A stretch of DNA of 64,000 bases from Phaeosaccion multiseriatum (lineage: Eukaryota > Protista > Ochrophyta, other classes), in NCBI GenBank assembly GCA_965112735.1, contig OZ218953.1, positions 4,588,001 through 4,652,000 on the forward strand. The letters are read 5' to 3'. Shown here piece after piece: positions 13,391 to 25,804 of this stretch; within the stretch, counting starts at the first letter, position 1; every line of letters starts with the position of its first letter. The translations under genes and the position numbers were made by a program. The notes beneath the pieces were generated by a model. The model saw only the letters and a program-made list of their open reading frames with translations. It was not told the DNA's origin and ran no database searches.

Positions 13391-16092
13391 TAGTAAGCGC
13401 AAGGCTATACGACGCATTTGTTCGTCCGAGGTGTAGAGTGTGCGAGAGAGAACAAGAAAAGAAGACAGGGCATCAAATTCCAACCACAGTCCACGGTGAC
13501 AAACGCATACACACACACGTATGCACGCACGCACGCACGCCATCACCTGCTGAAGAAGCCTGCCCCTCATGGCGGTTATGCTGGCCCCTAACACCCCGAA
13601 CAGCTCCTCCATCGCCGCCTGCTCGCCGCTCAGACGCTGCGCACACGCCTCCAGCAGGGGCCACAATTGCCGCAGTAGCTCCAAAGCGGGGGAGGGGGGG
13701 GGCGAAGGGGCGCTACCTCTGTTTGAACAGCCGCAACATGACGATGATGACGACGAAACTGTCGAAACGGTCGAAACTGTGCAGCAGTCCATAAACCGAA
13801 TGGCCTGAGCTCCAGCAAGACATACACGAGGGGTCATTCAGTCAGTCAGTCAGTGAGCAAGCCAAGTGAGGTGTGAGACCACACACAGTCAGCCACACAG
13901 GGAAAAAAAAGTGATACAGTCACATGGCCAGTCAGTCACACATTCACACACTTAAACAATCACACAGTCAAACAGTCACACATTCGTATAGTCACGCAGA
14001 CACAGTCAATGAGAGGGTGTCATGGGGTGGGTCGATCGTTTCAGTTTCCTTCTCCTTATAACTGCCAGAGAGGTAGTAGATCGAAATGCGCACCCTCCCT
14101 GCTGATGCTGCTACTGCTGCTGCGGTGCTCCCAGAGCGAGCTGCAGAGATTGGCAAGAGAGTCATATCCTCCTCTTCTTGCTCCTCCCCCCCCTCCCTCT
14201 CCTCCCATGCTCCTAGCTTGGCTTCCCCTTCCCCTTCCCCTTCCCTAGCAAGCCGTACACCTGTCGTCACTTACACACCTCCTTGAGCAGAGTGAGCATC
14301 TGCGTGGCTGAAGAGGCCTCCGGAGGTTGCGGTGAGCCGTCTACGCGGAGATCGGTCGCTAACCGCTGAAGAATGGGCGAGGTACAGTGCATGAGGAGCT
14401 GTGAAGAAGCAGAGGGGTCTCCAGATACCTCCAGCAGAGCAAGGACACGAGCCACACAGCCCTGGGGTAGGGAGGAAACAGAGGTAGGGAAGGGAAGGTA
14501 ACAGAGGTAGGGAAGGGAAGGAAGAAGGAGGTAGAGAAGGAAGGGAAGGGATGGGAAGGGAAGGGAAGGCAAGGGAACAGAAGGGAACGGAAGGGAACGG
14601 AAGGAAGGGAGGGAGGGAAGGGAGGAAGGAAAGGAGGGAGGTGAGGGAGGTAGGGAAGGGAAGGGAAGGGAAGGGAAGGGAAGGGAAGGGAAGGGAAGGG
14701 AAGGGAAGGGAAGGGAAGGGAAGGGAAGGGAAGGAGGGTAGAGGGAAGGTGCGACAGCGCAACATTGGGGGTAGGGCGCGGGCGTGGCGGAGAGAGATCC
14801 AATCCACACATTAAGAGAAAGAGAGAAAAAGTGTTTGGGACAAAGTGGGGCGCTACTTACTCACTATCCTGCCCGCTACTTACTCACTATCCTGCCCGCT
14901 ACTTACTCACTATCCTGCCCGCTACTTACTCACTATCCTGCCCGCTACTTACTCACTATCCTGCCCGCTACTTACTCACTATCCTGCCCGCCCGCCCGAC
15001 CGAATATGCGGTGAAAAGCGCGAAAACCCAAGCCAAGTTCAGTTCAGTTCAGAGAATGGATATCTTATGTCGATATTGATGTCTTATGTCTATGTTGGCG
15101 TTGGTGAGATAAGCTCTAAACTCGACACAGCAAACCAAATATTTGATGTCCATGTGTTACATCTAGATTGGTGTTGGGTACAAACGCGAGACAGCACGAC
15201 CACAGACTCGATATATCGACCTCGTCTTTGGTGGTGGGTATGCAATCCAGCAGGCTCCAATACACACACACACACACACTCACTCACCGTGACTTTGACT
15301 TGGTCTGTGATATACTCGCGTGGAACTGAGCACGCCACCTGAGGAATGACACGGACGCGACGAGCGACAGATGCGTCAGTTAAGTCACCACATGGGTATA
15401 TAGCTGGAGGTCGGGGGGCGATGTAACTTCGCAGGTATCGATGGGCAGACAGATTATTCTCAATCGATATATGATGGTAAGAGAATACAAAGCGACATGT
15501 CTCGAACCCTCCACGACCGCCAAACTGGCACTCAAATTAATGGCTTGTCTCTCGTGCCTTTCCCCCTTCTCTCCGCACCCTCTCCGTGTCCCGCTTCCCC
15601 CCCCCTCTCCCACTCCTCTCTCTCTCTGTCCACCTCTCCCATGCCCCCCCCCTCTCTCTCCTCTCCCTCCGCGACCATCCATCCTCTCTCCTCTCTCTTC
15701 GCACCCTCTCTGTGTCCAGCGTCCCCCTCCTCTCCCCACTCTCCTCTCTCTCTCTCCACACGTCCCTCTGTGCCTCTCACCTTGAGCATCTCCACAAGAA
15801 TTTGCATGGCGGGGGGGCTCCACACAATAGCCCACTCGCACTCCGAACACACGAGCTGAGGATAAGATGAGAGGACAAGAGCAAAATGGGGGAAGGGGAA
15901 GAGCAAGGGGGGAAGGGGAAAGGAAGGGGGGAAGGGGAAAGGCAAGGGGGGAAGGGGAAAGAGAAGGAGAGGGGGGGGGGGAGGAGAGGGGGGGAGGGGG
16001 AGGGGGGGAGGGGAAGGGGGAGGGGGAGGGTGAGGGGAGGGGAGGGGGAGAGGGGGAGGGAGGGAGGCCATTGAGCACGAACCGCAGGGTAA

Positions 16093-16155
<63 letters not shown>

Positions 16156-19100
16156 CGCTGACTGACTGACTGACTGACTGACTGACTGACTGACAATGAC
16201 GCGCGGAGGACGACTTGTTCAACCGCTGAGCTCAGCCCCTCAGCCACAAAGCAGTAGAGGGCGCTTTCCCCACCCACCCATCCACCCTGCTCGCAACAAC
16301 AGCGCGTAGGTTGAGTCCGATACTACTGCCCCACTGCCCCCTCCCTCTTCCCTCCTTCGAGCTCATCCTATCCTTCTCCTCCTCCCCTCCCCCCTCCCAT
16401 CCCTCCTTCCCTCCTGCTTATCCTCCTCCTCTCCTCCTCCTCCTCCTCCTCCTCCTCCTCCTCCTCCTCCTCCTCCTCCTCCTCCTCCTCCTCCTCCATC
16501 CTGCTCTACGACTATCCGTTCTTTTCCCTCCTCACCTGCAAGGCCGTTGCCGCACTCTGTATGGAAGCTTCGGTGCCGAGCCCTGCCGACAGATACTGCA
16601 GCCCTGGTACCAGAAGTAGAGGGAGGGGAGGAGCGCCCCCTCCTGAGGAGTGGCGGGGTGACAAACCACCACCACCACCACCACCACCACCACCACCACC
16701 ACCACTACTACTACTGCTACTACCGTGTAGTGGGCTGCCTGGTCTACTTCCACCAGCAGCGGTGCTATTGATCGTAACCACGTGATGATTGGCGCGGAAC
16801 TTGGCATGAAGCTTGCTTGGCTTCCATGGGGCGAGACTGAAGCTCGGGTAGGCGCCTACCAGTTTGCATCCGGCTTCAGACCATAGGGGACGTCGGGGAG
16901 AGAGAGGGGGGGGGAGATACACAGGCAAGGTAAGGCTAGGTTCACGGATGGGGGAGCGAAAGTGGAAGAATGGGGAGATGGATGGTTTTTTACAAGTTGT
17001 GGGGCGAGGGGGAGAAGCACCACCAAGAGGACGAATGAAGCTGTAACGGAAGTGGTGCATTCCCCATAAGTGCAACCCTCTCTCTTTCCCCTTGCCCCTT
17101 GCCGCTGGCCCCTGCCGTACCGTTGAGCACGAGTGGGTGTGTAGTGGACAAGGCCGGGTTGTTGAGAAGTTGTTGAAACACGCCGTCCAACAGGTGCTTC
17201 GTAGCCCCCCTCTCTTCCCGCAGACCGCCGCCATTGGCCTGAAACCGATTGGTCGATCCTGCTGTTGCTGCCTTTCGTGCGTCCTTGGCTACGAGCTGCA
17301 GACAAAGCAAACAGACCTGTTTTGTTCCGTGGTTCGTTCGCAAGGCAGGCAGACAGGGTAGCATCAACAAGTCGTGGCTATCGGACGGTGTATACAGCGA
17401 GTCTCTCGTCTGTGGAGCGAAGCCCCAAACCTGTCCCCCAAACACGTGAAAAGCACCCAAAGCAAAGCACTGAAGCAAAGCACCAAAGCAAAGCACTAAA
17501 GTAAAGCAAGCACGCACCTCCAAGGCCTCCCAGCCCCCCCCTGGGCCCTCCACCCGGCCCAGCACGGCCCCGAAGAAGGCATCGCTGCCCAAGACGTGGA
17601 AGACGGAAAGAAACAAGTCCTTCACCTGCTCGCGGAACTCCAGAAAGCTGTGCATTGGGGAGTTACGAGCATTCGGGATACATACATACATACATATATA
17701 CATGGCAGTGGATGACAGTGGATGGGGATGGGTATGGGTGTGGGTGTGGGTGCGAGTGTGAATGTGAGTGTCTGTGTGGGTGCGGGTGGAGAAGAGCAGG
17801 ATAGACAGAGCCAAGAGGCACTCAGACACGCGCAAGCGTCTCTGACTGACTGACTGACTGACTGACTGGCTGACTGACTGGCTGACTGACTGACTGACCG
17901 ACTGACTCGATGACTTAGTGATGCGACTCTCTCACCTGTCCTCGTCATCATCGGGTCCGCCCCCGTTGTCCCCCCATTCAGTGAAGCCTTCCCTATATTT
18001 ACACTGCCCCAGGAGGACCTGAAGCAAGAAGCAAGAAGCAAGAACCAAGGAAGAGGCTTTTCGTGAGGGTACGCACGTGATAGATAACGCTGCAGTCACA
18101 AACTCTCTCTCTCACACACACACACACACAATCAGCCAATCAGCCAATCAGCCATCTCCAACCAGCGGTTGTACATGGAGACCTGCGGACTCGGAGGCCA
18201 CACACGCACCCACACACCCACATCCATACCCCCCCCCCCCCACACACACACACCCACACACGCACACACGCACGCACACGCACACACACACGCACACGCA
18301 CACACACACGCACACGCACACGCACACCCACACACCTCCAACAGCCGGATGTACATGGGAGCCTGCAGACTTGGGGGCCGCTCCGCCATGGGCACATCTT
18401 GAAGCTCCAGCCAGAAGTCAAGCGCCACAGTGGCCACGTTGCGCAGCGGACAGGCCGTGCACGCAAGAATTGACTCCACCAGGTGCAGCCCGTTGTCCTC
18501 CCCGTTTACAACCAAGTCCATTTCTTGCTCTGTGTGTGACGGGCAGATAGATAGACAGATAGATAAGTAGATAGATAGATAGATAGATAGATAGAGATAG
18601 GAGAGCGGGTTGCGTTGCGTTGCGTTGAGTCGGTGCGGAGTTAGCGTTGGAGTTGCGTATTTCATTTTGCCATCAAGGAAAGGGAGTTAGAAGGCTTGTG
18701 TATTGGGGGTTGATTGAAGAGAAGAGCTGGTGTCAGAAGCACGAAGCCCGTTCCATTCATTCGCAGAGTACGGTAATAACATGTGGGGATGTCTCGCTGA
18801 CCCCAATTTACTTATCTCAAGACGGCATCAAGGAGGGTCACATTTGAAGGTGCTCACCCACCACCCAATAGCATCGCTAGAATAAAGCTCATGACAAACA
18901 TCCCACTCACTCACTCCCGCACTCAATCACTCACTCACTCATGCGCTCACTCACACGCTCCCTCCCTCTCTCCCCCCCTCCCTCCTTCCCTCACTCACTC
19001 ACTCACTCACTCACTCACTCACTCACCCGCAAACTTGAGCAGCAAGACACAAATGGCCATTGCCGTTTCCTCGTCTTGATGTGCCGTGGCCGCGGCGAAT

Positions 19101-21150
19101 GCGGGGCCCAATTGCAGCAACGTCCCGAGCAAGCCCCGCGCGATGGCTTCTCTCGCTGGAGGCCTTGGGTACTCGCTCACACAGAGAACCTCCAGCACCA
19201 CCGCACACACTTCCCTCACCAGCTTGGGCTTCTCAGCACCAGCACCAGCACCAGCACCCCCTCCTCCTCCCGCTTCTCCTCCTCCTCCTCCTGCTGCTGC
19301 TGCTGCGCCCCCAACGGTGTCTACTCCTCCTCCTCCTTCTCCAAGAAGCTGCATGAGTTTAGAAAAGAGAGGGGCATGGCTGCTGGCCAGTGCAGTGAGC
19401 GACACGCCCACTTTTGCCCATTGCTGCAGGCATCGCAAACTCGCCACAAGAAGGTCAGTGTAGTGAAGCGGGGAGGGGTGGTTGTGCGGATCGAGGCATA
19501 TACATTGCTCCAGAGCAGCCAAGACCTTGGGACGAGGACGACAAGGAGGAGCAGGAGGAGGAGGAGGAGCAGGAGGAGGAGCAGCAGCAGCAGCAGCAGG
19601 AGGAGGAGGAGGAGGAGGAGGAGGAGGAGGAGGGGGAGAGGCCCAGAGAGCGTGAGTCCAACGAGAACAGCTCACCCAACACAAGGCGTCCTTCTCATAC
19701 CCTTAAACCCCTCAAAACACGCACCTGAGGCTGCGCGGCCATGAGCTGCTCCTGAAGCCCTTGCCTGTCTCCTCCGTTCAGGGCAGTCTGGACTTCTCCA
19801 GGAAGCACCTGACAGATACCCGGTCACATGACCAACAAACCACATGCAACACCGAGAGAAGTGAGCATAGTACAGGTAGAGCAGAGCAGAGCAGAGCACA
19901 GCAAGATATTTCATCCGCCCCTCGCCACCAATGTGCTCCAACTTGCCGCACTCCCGGCTGCTAAAAGTGTCAAATCCGACGGCCAGATAGGTGGGTAGGG
20001 GTCCTTATCCCCTCTCACCTGCAACATGCAATTCATGACGGTCCATGAAACCGCCGAGACCAAGGCCGTTTGGCCCACCGCGAATGCATCCCTTGAGTAG
20101 ATGGCCAGTCCTGTAGGCAAGTGGGTGGCCATGCTCGCCAGAGTCATGCAGACGCGCTCCACCACAAGCTTCGGGCCACGTGGGAGGAGGAGAGGGGTGG
20201 GTCAAATGGAGGAACGGGAGGAAGGAGGTGAGCTGTAGGTAGGAAGGACCGCCTTTTGTTCGGAATTGGTACACTTGAATGCTGGTGCGATACGGAAAAG
20301 TGATTCGCTTCATCGTACCGTGCCGTGCCTGCAAAACACACGGCTACACGTTCATCACACCCACACCCACCTTTTCATAGACTTTGGACGGATCTACTCC
20401 CGCTCCCTCCGACCCTGAGAGCGCACAGAAAGAAAAGAAAGGCGAGTGCGTGCATGAAGCGACAAAGCAGAAGAGACGGCGGTAGGAATTAACGACGGAG
20501 GAGTATAGTAGTAGACTGATGAGCCCGTTGAGAGGACCAGAGACAACAACGACTTCCTTCCTCCCTCCCTCCTCACCTGGAAGCACTGCGTTGGTGACCG
20601 TGTCCCTCAGGATCTGCAGCAGCATGTTTTGCAGCTGCGCTTGGCTGTCGCCCTCGAGCGTGTTCCATTGCTTCGTCACTTTCGTGTAGAGCATATTGGC
20701 GGCGTAGAAGCGCGTTGCTGTAGGCGGAGCCGGCTGCATCGTCAAGAGCTCCACGCCCACGCCCCAAGCAGACTACGAGTACACAGAGAGAGGGGAGGGG
20801 AGGGGGGAGAGAGAGCGCGCGAGAGAGAGGGGAGAGAGGAGTGGGGGGGTGGGGAGAGAGAGGGAGAGGAAGAGGAAGAGTGAGATGGAGAGAGACAGAG
20901 AAAGGACAAACAAAAAAACAAGAAGGAGAGAGGCGAACGAGGAGTGTGTGAAGACAAGTAAAGGAGGAGAGCATGGTCGCTGTCGCCCTTGCTTTTCATC
21001 ACGCGAGATTCTTGGGATGACGGAAGGCTCTGTTGCACGTACCGTGTCCTTCGTCACCTCCATGAGAAACGAGATGGCCTCCTGCGATCGGACATGATCG
21101 GCTCCGTATAGAGCCGCGATGGCAGCCTGCACTGTAGCAGTGTCAGCCAT
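11210..21150 (-). CDS. TNPO3: Importin-beta family nuclear transport receptor, transportin-3 / Mtr10 / MOS14 (or importin-13)-like, many exons
   Basis: MADTATVQAAIAALYG...SQEAISFLME; RFYAANMLYTKVTKQW; LRCLQQW; ACTACPLRNVATVALDFWLELQD; FLEFREQVKDLF...WEALE; C-terminal exon ends at the TAA at 11210-11212. GT-AG junctions seen at many exons. Confidence 0.75.
12062..12292. repeat. (GTA)n/(GCA)n compound trinucleotide microsatellite in an intron
   Basis: Long GTA runs interrupted by GCA/GTT/GTC; source of several spurious poly-Y/T/V/L ORFs. Confidence 0.9.
14480..14735. repeat. (GGGAA)n pentanucleotide satellite in an intron
   Basis: Perfect GGGAA run at ~14653-14732 with degenerate flanks. Confidence 0.9.
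14851..14988. repeat. Perfect 23-bp minisatellite, 6 copies (CGCTACTTACTCACTATCCTGCC)
   Basis: Six identical head-to-tail units without spacers, inside a transportin intron. Confidence 0.9.
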
Positions 21151-21536
21151 GGGGCAGGAGGACAGAGCCGAAATTACTCTCCGGCTCTCCTCCCGTTCTT
21201 CACCCGCTCCGATCAGACAATACAGAGAGCCCCGCGAGCGAAAGAAGGTGCAGAGAAGGGGCGAGCAGGATTGACAGCAACAGAGAAGGTCAGTCAATTC
21301 ATAAAGAAGGCGAGATGTATACCGCGAAGATCGGAGAAGCGCGCAACGCCGGAACGCCGGAATTTGAAATCAGCTCATTCGCCTCAGCCCCCCCTTTTGA
21401 CTTTTGACCACTTTTCTCGAACGGAGAGAAGAGGAAGCAAGAGCAGCGGGAGTTATTTCGCAGGACCTACTTGTCTTCTCCCAGGACAGTACTCCGCCGG
21501 AGAAATAGGGGCTCGGTCTTTGCCAAGGAAACGGGG

Positions 21537-23318
21537 ATGGAGGGAAGGGAGCGCGAGAGGCTGCGACGGCGGTGGAGAGAGACCGGAGGAGTCAGACGTA
21601 GGAGTAGAAGCAGCAGCGGCAGCACAGTCAGGCTGAGGAGGATAGCGTTGCTTGCCACAGTCGTTGGAGCCGCTCTTCCCTCTACCACGGCCTTCGTTCA
21701 GCCCACTCCGTCAGGAGCCTCAGCGGCCGCGGCCCTCTCGAAGAGAGGGGCAGCGGCTGCATCAGCGGCAGGGAGTCTCGGCAGCAGCAGCACTAGTGTT
21801 GGTCTGGGCGTGGATGGCGATTCTCGTCTGGGCTGTTTGGGGCGAAAAACGGTGGGGGCCTTGCAGATGGCGGACCTCCGAGGGTACGAGAATGGAGAGA
21901 AGGGGTTCGAGAATGGAAGGAGAGTCGAGAATGAGGGAGACGCTGCGGAGGAGGCGGCAACGCCGTCGCCGTCATCATCGCTTTCTGCAAACAGGGCATC
22001 GTATGGTGCGAATGATGCGGAGGAGATGGACGTAGAGGCAGAGCTTGAGCTGGAGAGGGACTTGAATAGGAAGACGGCCTTGTTGGAGAAGCGCCTGTAC
22101 TGGTCATCCAAGGGGCAGGACTTCCACACAGCCCTCAAGGCGCAGAAGGAGCTGTACACGCTACAGGAACAGGACGGCTTCAGCGTGCTGCAGATGAATC
22201 GGGATTTCTATGACGCCATTTCCACGGGCGACAACAACCTCATGAAGACGTTGTGGATGGACTCGCACAAGGTGCAAATGGTGCATGAGAAGGCCAAGCC
22301 AGTGTCGGGGTACAAGGAGGTGTTGGAGGGATGGCAGAAGCAAATGGCGCTCATGACGCGGAACAGACAGAGTGTCCGGCCGCGTGACATCAAGGTCAAC
22401 GTGAGCGGAACGGGGGCAATGGTCACGTGCGTAGAGGAGAGTATGCCCGAGGCCCGGAGAAGGCTGCTCGACAAAACGCCGGGAGGCTCGAGCGGAGACG
22501 ATGCCAGCCTGGGCAACTTCCCAAGGGCCTTGAACGTGTTCGAGAAGAAGAACGGCCGCTGGTGGCTCGTGCACCACCACTCGACGGGCCAAGTGCCGGG
22601 CTGCAAGACAATGCCCCAAACGAGTGCCGGAGGAGGAAGCGGTATTTCCTTGGGGGGGAACAATTTGGCGGATCTACTGGCGGGGGCAGCAGAAGGACGA
22701 CCCACCGTGATTCGGCTGGCCAACCCGGCAGAGGCTATGAGTTTGCTGGGGGGCAATCAGAGACTCAACTCCGGAGAAGATGACGACTCGGATTCCGATG
22801 ATGATTCCGACGACGAAGGGGACGGAGGGATCAGCGCGCGAGTGCTGGAGGAGCTGCAGGAGGTGCAGATGGTGGTGGAAGAAGTGGAGGACGATGAGGA
22901 GGAGGATGACGACGATGATGATGAGGACGAGGAGGACAGCGAGGATAGTGACTACGCTGACAGTGACAGCGACTCGGATGAAGATGAGGACGACTTTGGC
23001 ATGACGATGAACAACAGCAGGATAGCAGGCCTGTCTAGGGGTCCGGGGGGGGTGCTGACCATGCGAGCTGTGGACTCGCTGCGCCGTCTGGAAATGGAGA
23101 CGAGGATCACGAAGGAGGAGAAGAGGCGCTTGCTCACTAGTGTGATTGAGCATGCCACGAGTGACGAGCCCTCCCCTGTGGAGATGGCGTACGAGCTGCT
23201 CATGGGCGGGGCTAAGGATGGAGACGCGTGGAGCGACTTTGAGGCAACGGAGGACTACGTGGAGCAGTGCAAGGCCTTTGCTCTGCAGCTCAGGAACAAG
23301 GGCAAGGGCAAGAGCTGA
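21537..23318 (+). CDS. SnoaL-like (NTF2-fold) domain protein with putative bipartite plastid-targeting presequence and acidic tract; intronless
   Basis: MNRDFYDAISTGDNNLMKTLW...VH....VSGYKEVLEGW...VNVSGTGAMVTCVE...NVFEKKNGRWWLVHHHS is a SnoaL_3-type pattern. Hydrophobic IALLATVVGAALPSTTA-FVQP is followed by a Ser/Ala-rich transit-like region. First ATG at 21537. Confidence 0.75.
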   Translation: MEGRERERLRRRWRETGGVRRRSRSSSGSTVRLRRIALLATVVGAALPSTTAFVQPTPSGASAAAALSKRGAAAASAAGSLGSSSTSVGLGVDGDSRLGCLGRKTVGALQMADLRGYENGEKGFENGRRVENEGDAAEEAATPSPSSSLSANRASYGANDAEEMDVEAELELERDLNRKTALLEKRLYWSSKGQDFHTALKAQKELYTLQEQDGFSVLQMNRDFYDAISTGDNNLMKTLWMDSHKVQMVHEKAKPVSGYKEVLEGWQKQMALMTRNRQSVRPRDIKVNVSGTGAMVTCVEESMPEARRRLLDKTPGGSSGDDASLGNFPRALNVFEKKNGRWWLVHHHSTGQVPGCKTMPQTSAGGGSGISLGGNNLADLLAGAAEGRPTVIRLANPAEAMSLLGGNQRLNSGEDDDSDSDDDSDDEGDGGISARVLEELQEVQMVVEEVEDDEEEDDDDDDEDEEDSEDSDYADSDSDSDEDEDDFGMTMNNSRIAGLSRGPGGVLTMRAVDSLRRLEMETRITKEEKRRLLTSVIEHATSDEPSPVEMAYELLMGGAKDGDAWSDFEATEDYVEQCKAFALQLRNKGKGKS

Positions 23319-24890
23319 CCTGATTGAGGCGGGTGGGGGCAAGGATGGGGGGTGGGGGTGAAGAGTGACGGCCGTGAGGGGTGAGGAGTGACGGGCGTGA
23401 GGAGTGACGGGCGTGAGGGGTGACCAGGACGGTTGCAGAGACAACTCTTATGCCTGTCCCATTGCCGTAGGGCGTGAAGCCTCGCTGCTGTACCAAAACG
23501 AGAAGCATCGGGGAGGGGGGAGGGGTTTGGGGGGTTTGGGTTTTGGTTGGGCTTAGCGATGATTCATGGCCTGTATTATACATAGCAGAGGAGATCGTAG
23601 CAGGATGAGGCGTAGGGAGATACGTCAACAGGAAAGCACTGGGCCACTTGAGGGAAAGGGTGGAGTCGAGAAGGTGGTTGCCACCGTATGTTGGACCAAA
23701 ACACGGCAACACAGAGTGTTTCAAGACGGAGACTATTCTCGGTACTAAAGTCTCATTGGTGGAGGAGAGTAGAGGAAAGTGCTCCCTCTTCGTATCGTAC
23801 ATATATATAAGTGCCTAAGTAATGTAGTTCAGACACCCCCGGGGGTTGCACCTCTTAAGAGCAGCGATAACGCCATTATCGGTCTTCGCGTTAAAGAGCG
23901 GTGCGCGTCGCTCTAACACCGATGTGTCACCGCCCGAGCCTCGAACGAAGAGCGCGTACATCATCATCATCATCATCATCATCATCGTCATCATACATCG
24001 TCGAGGGTCGCTACGACTGGACTGGCCCGACCAGATGTGCAACACTGATTCAACCAGTCGCTCCTGACCTACGTCCGTCAGAGAGGCACAAACGCCGTCC
24101 TCAGGTCGGCTCTTTTCGATTGCACTGTGGAGGAGGTGCTGCTGCCTACCTACCGCCGCCAACGAGGCTCACCTCCTGCTGCAAATGCAGAGGTCCTGCA
24201 CGCGCGAGTCCACTTCGCAGTTCCGAAGCCCCGAGGGCAGGGCTCGAAGCGCGTGCGACACAACGTGTGGTGGTGCTCCTACTCCAAATGGGAGGGGGGC
24301 GGGGGAGAGAGAAGACCTTCTCCCCGGACATCTCCTGGCTGCAGTCCCGTAGACGGTACGCGCGGCGAGGGCAGTCCAGTTGCGTGCGTCGGACCTGTGT
24401 GTGTGTCCGGGCATGAGGCAATGTGGTACGTGAGAGAGAGGGAGTGAGCAGAGGACGCACTAGGGCGGTGACTGAGACTCAAAGAGCCAAAATGGTGTAG
24501 AGCTTTCATTTTACTTATCCCTTCACCCAACCACTCACTCACCGTGTCGTCCAGCGGCAGCAGGATGTAGCACCGCTCGTTGGCGCACTGCAGCACCCTT
24601 CCCTCCTGCACAGTGTGGGCCTGTGCTTCCCTGCCTTGCCCGCCTGCCGTACTGCCGAGCACTGGTCGCACTGAAACACACGCACGAGATGGTCGTACGG
24701 GATGTGCAAGATCTGTTTCTAGAGCCATTTAGGCATAAGATGGACATTGAGACGAGAAGAGATGTTCCACATCAGCTCGCTGTATAACAAACGGTCAGCC
24801 ACCACTGCGTCCCTCCTTGTGAGGAGGTGCGTCTTGGGCCTGTTGCCACCCGGGATGTTCATGGGTTCGGTATTCCACGGGTGTGGATCA

Positions 24891-25529
24891 TCAGGAGCAC
24901 CCACCACCGCAGCAGCGCTCCTCGGACCCTGCCTCACACGTGGAGCCTCCACAAGCAGAGCTACCAGAACTCTCCTCTTGCGGCACCACCTCCGCCTCCG
25001 TCCCCTTGAGCTGTGCCACCAGCCCTTCCCCCGCCACAGTCACGGCAGCCGCAAGGGCATCGTCCACAGCCGCTCTCCGTCCTTTGTCATCGCTCAGCGC
25101 GACGCCCGCCTTGCCATTGATGAGTCTACGCACACCCTCCGCCGCATCTCTTAACCTCTCCGCCTGAGCTTCAGTGGCAACGCTCTCTCCGGCACCATCA
25201 TCCCCTACATCACCTCCGCCGACCCGGAACGAGGCCACCGCCGCCGCCGCTGCACAAGCGCCCAACGCGTGTCCGTCGATCCAGCCCCTCCGACTGCCCA
25301 GCCTGTAGCCCTCATCAAAGCCCTCCTGCAGGGCCGGCTCATGCTCAGAGCCGACATCCAGCCCTTCGCGGTACCCGCTCTCCATCAGCTTGCGCTCTAT
25401 GGCGGCCATCTCCCGTTGCTCCATCGAGATAACCAACCCTGCCGCCCCCTCCTCGCCGTCATCTTCCCCGAAGAAGTCGTCTTCGGCGTCAGCAGCTGCC
25501 ACAGCAGGTGCAGTCGTAGGAGCATTCAT
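24891..25529 (-). CDS. YAE1: Yae1 domain protein (Fe-S adaptor for ABCE1/Rli1)
   Basis: DDFFG...REMAAIERKLMESGYREGLDVG....LQEGFDEGYRLG..RG..DG..LG, the deca-GX3 motif typical of Yae1/Lto1; ATG at 25529. Confidence 0.75.
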   Translation of the reverse strand: MNAPTTAPAVAAADAEDDFFGEDDGEEGAAGLVISMEQREMAAIERKLMESGYREGLDVGSEHEPALQEGFDEGYRLGSRRGWIDGHALGACAAAAAVASFRVGGGDVGDDGAGESVATEAQAERLRDAAEGVRRLINGKAGVALSDDKGRRAAVDDALAAAVTVAGEGLVAQLKGTEAEVVPQEESSGSSACGGSTCEAGSEERCCGGGCS

Positions 25530-25804
25530 TGACAATTGACAAATGAAAAAGAGAAAAGAACAAAAAAGAAAAAAGATGAAAATGGAAAATGAGACGGATA
25601 CGCCTCTAAATTGCATTGACTTATGCATCCCCCGGGGGAAATCGGAGGAGCAGAGAGAGAGAGCAGCGAAAAAAAAAAAAATCACACGCGCATCGTGAGA
25701 CGACAGCACCAGCAGCAGTGGCACACAGCTGCGGCAGCTGTGGGTAGCCTGAAGCTGGGTGGGTACTGCGGAGAACCGCCGAACAGGACGCACCGAGTGC
25801 AACG

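Noticed and set aside
14851-14988. 23-bp repeats as a CRISPR array
   Set aside because: Units are contiguous with no unique spacers, there are no cas genes, and the context is a eukaryotic intron.
819-20980. Numerous long ORFs rich in Pro/Ser/Leu, Glu/Arg/Gly, poly-Tyr or poly-Thr
   Set aside because: They are translations of intronic microsatellites or antisense shadows of real exons.
23815-24890. Short minus-strand ORFs downstream of YAE1 with a possible GTGAGT donor near 24542
   Set aside because: I could not assemble a coherent protein or recognise a family; left unannotated.
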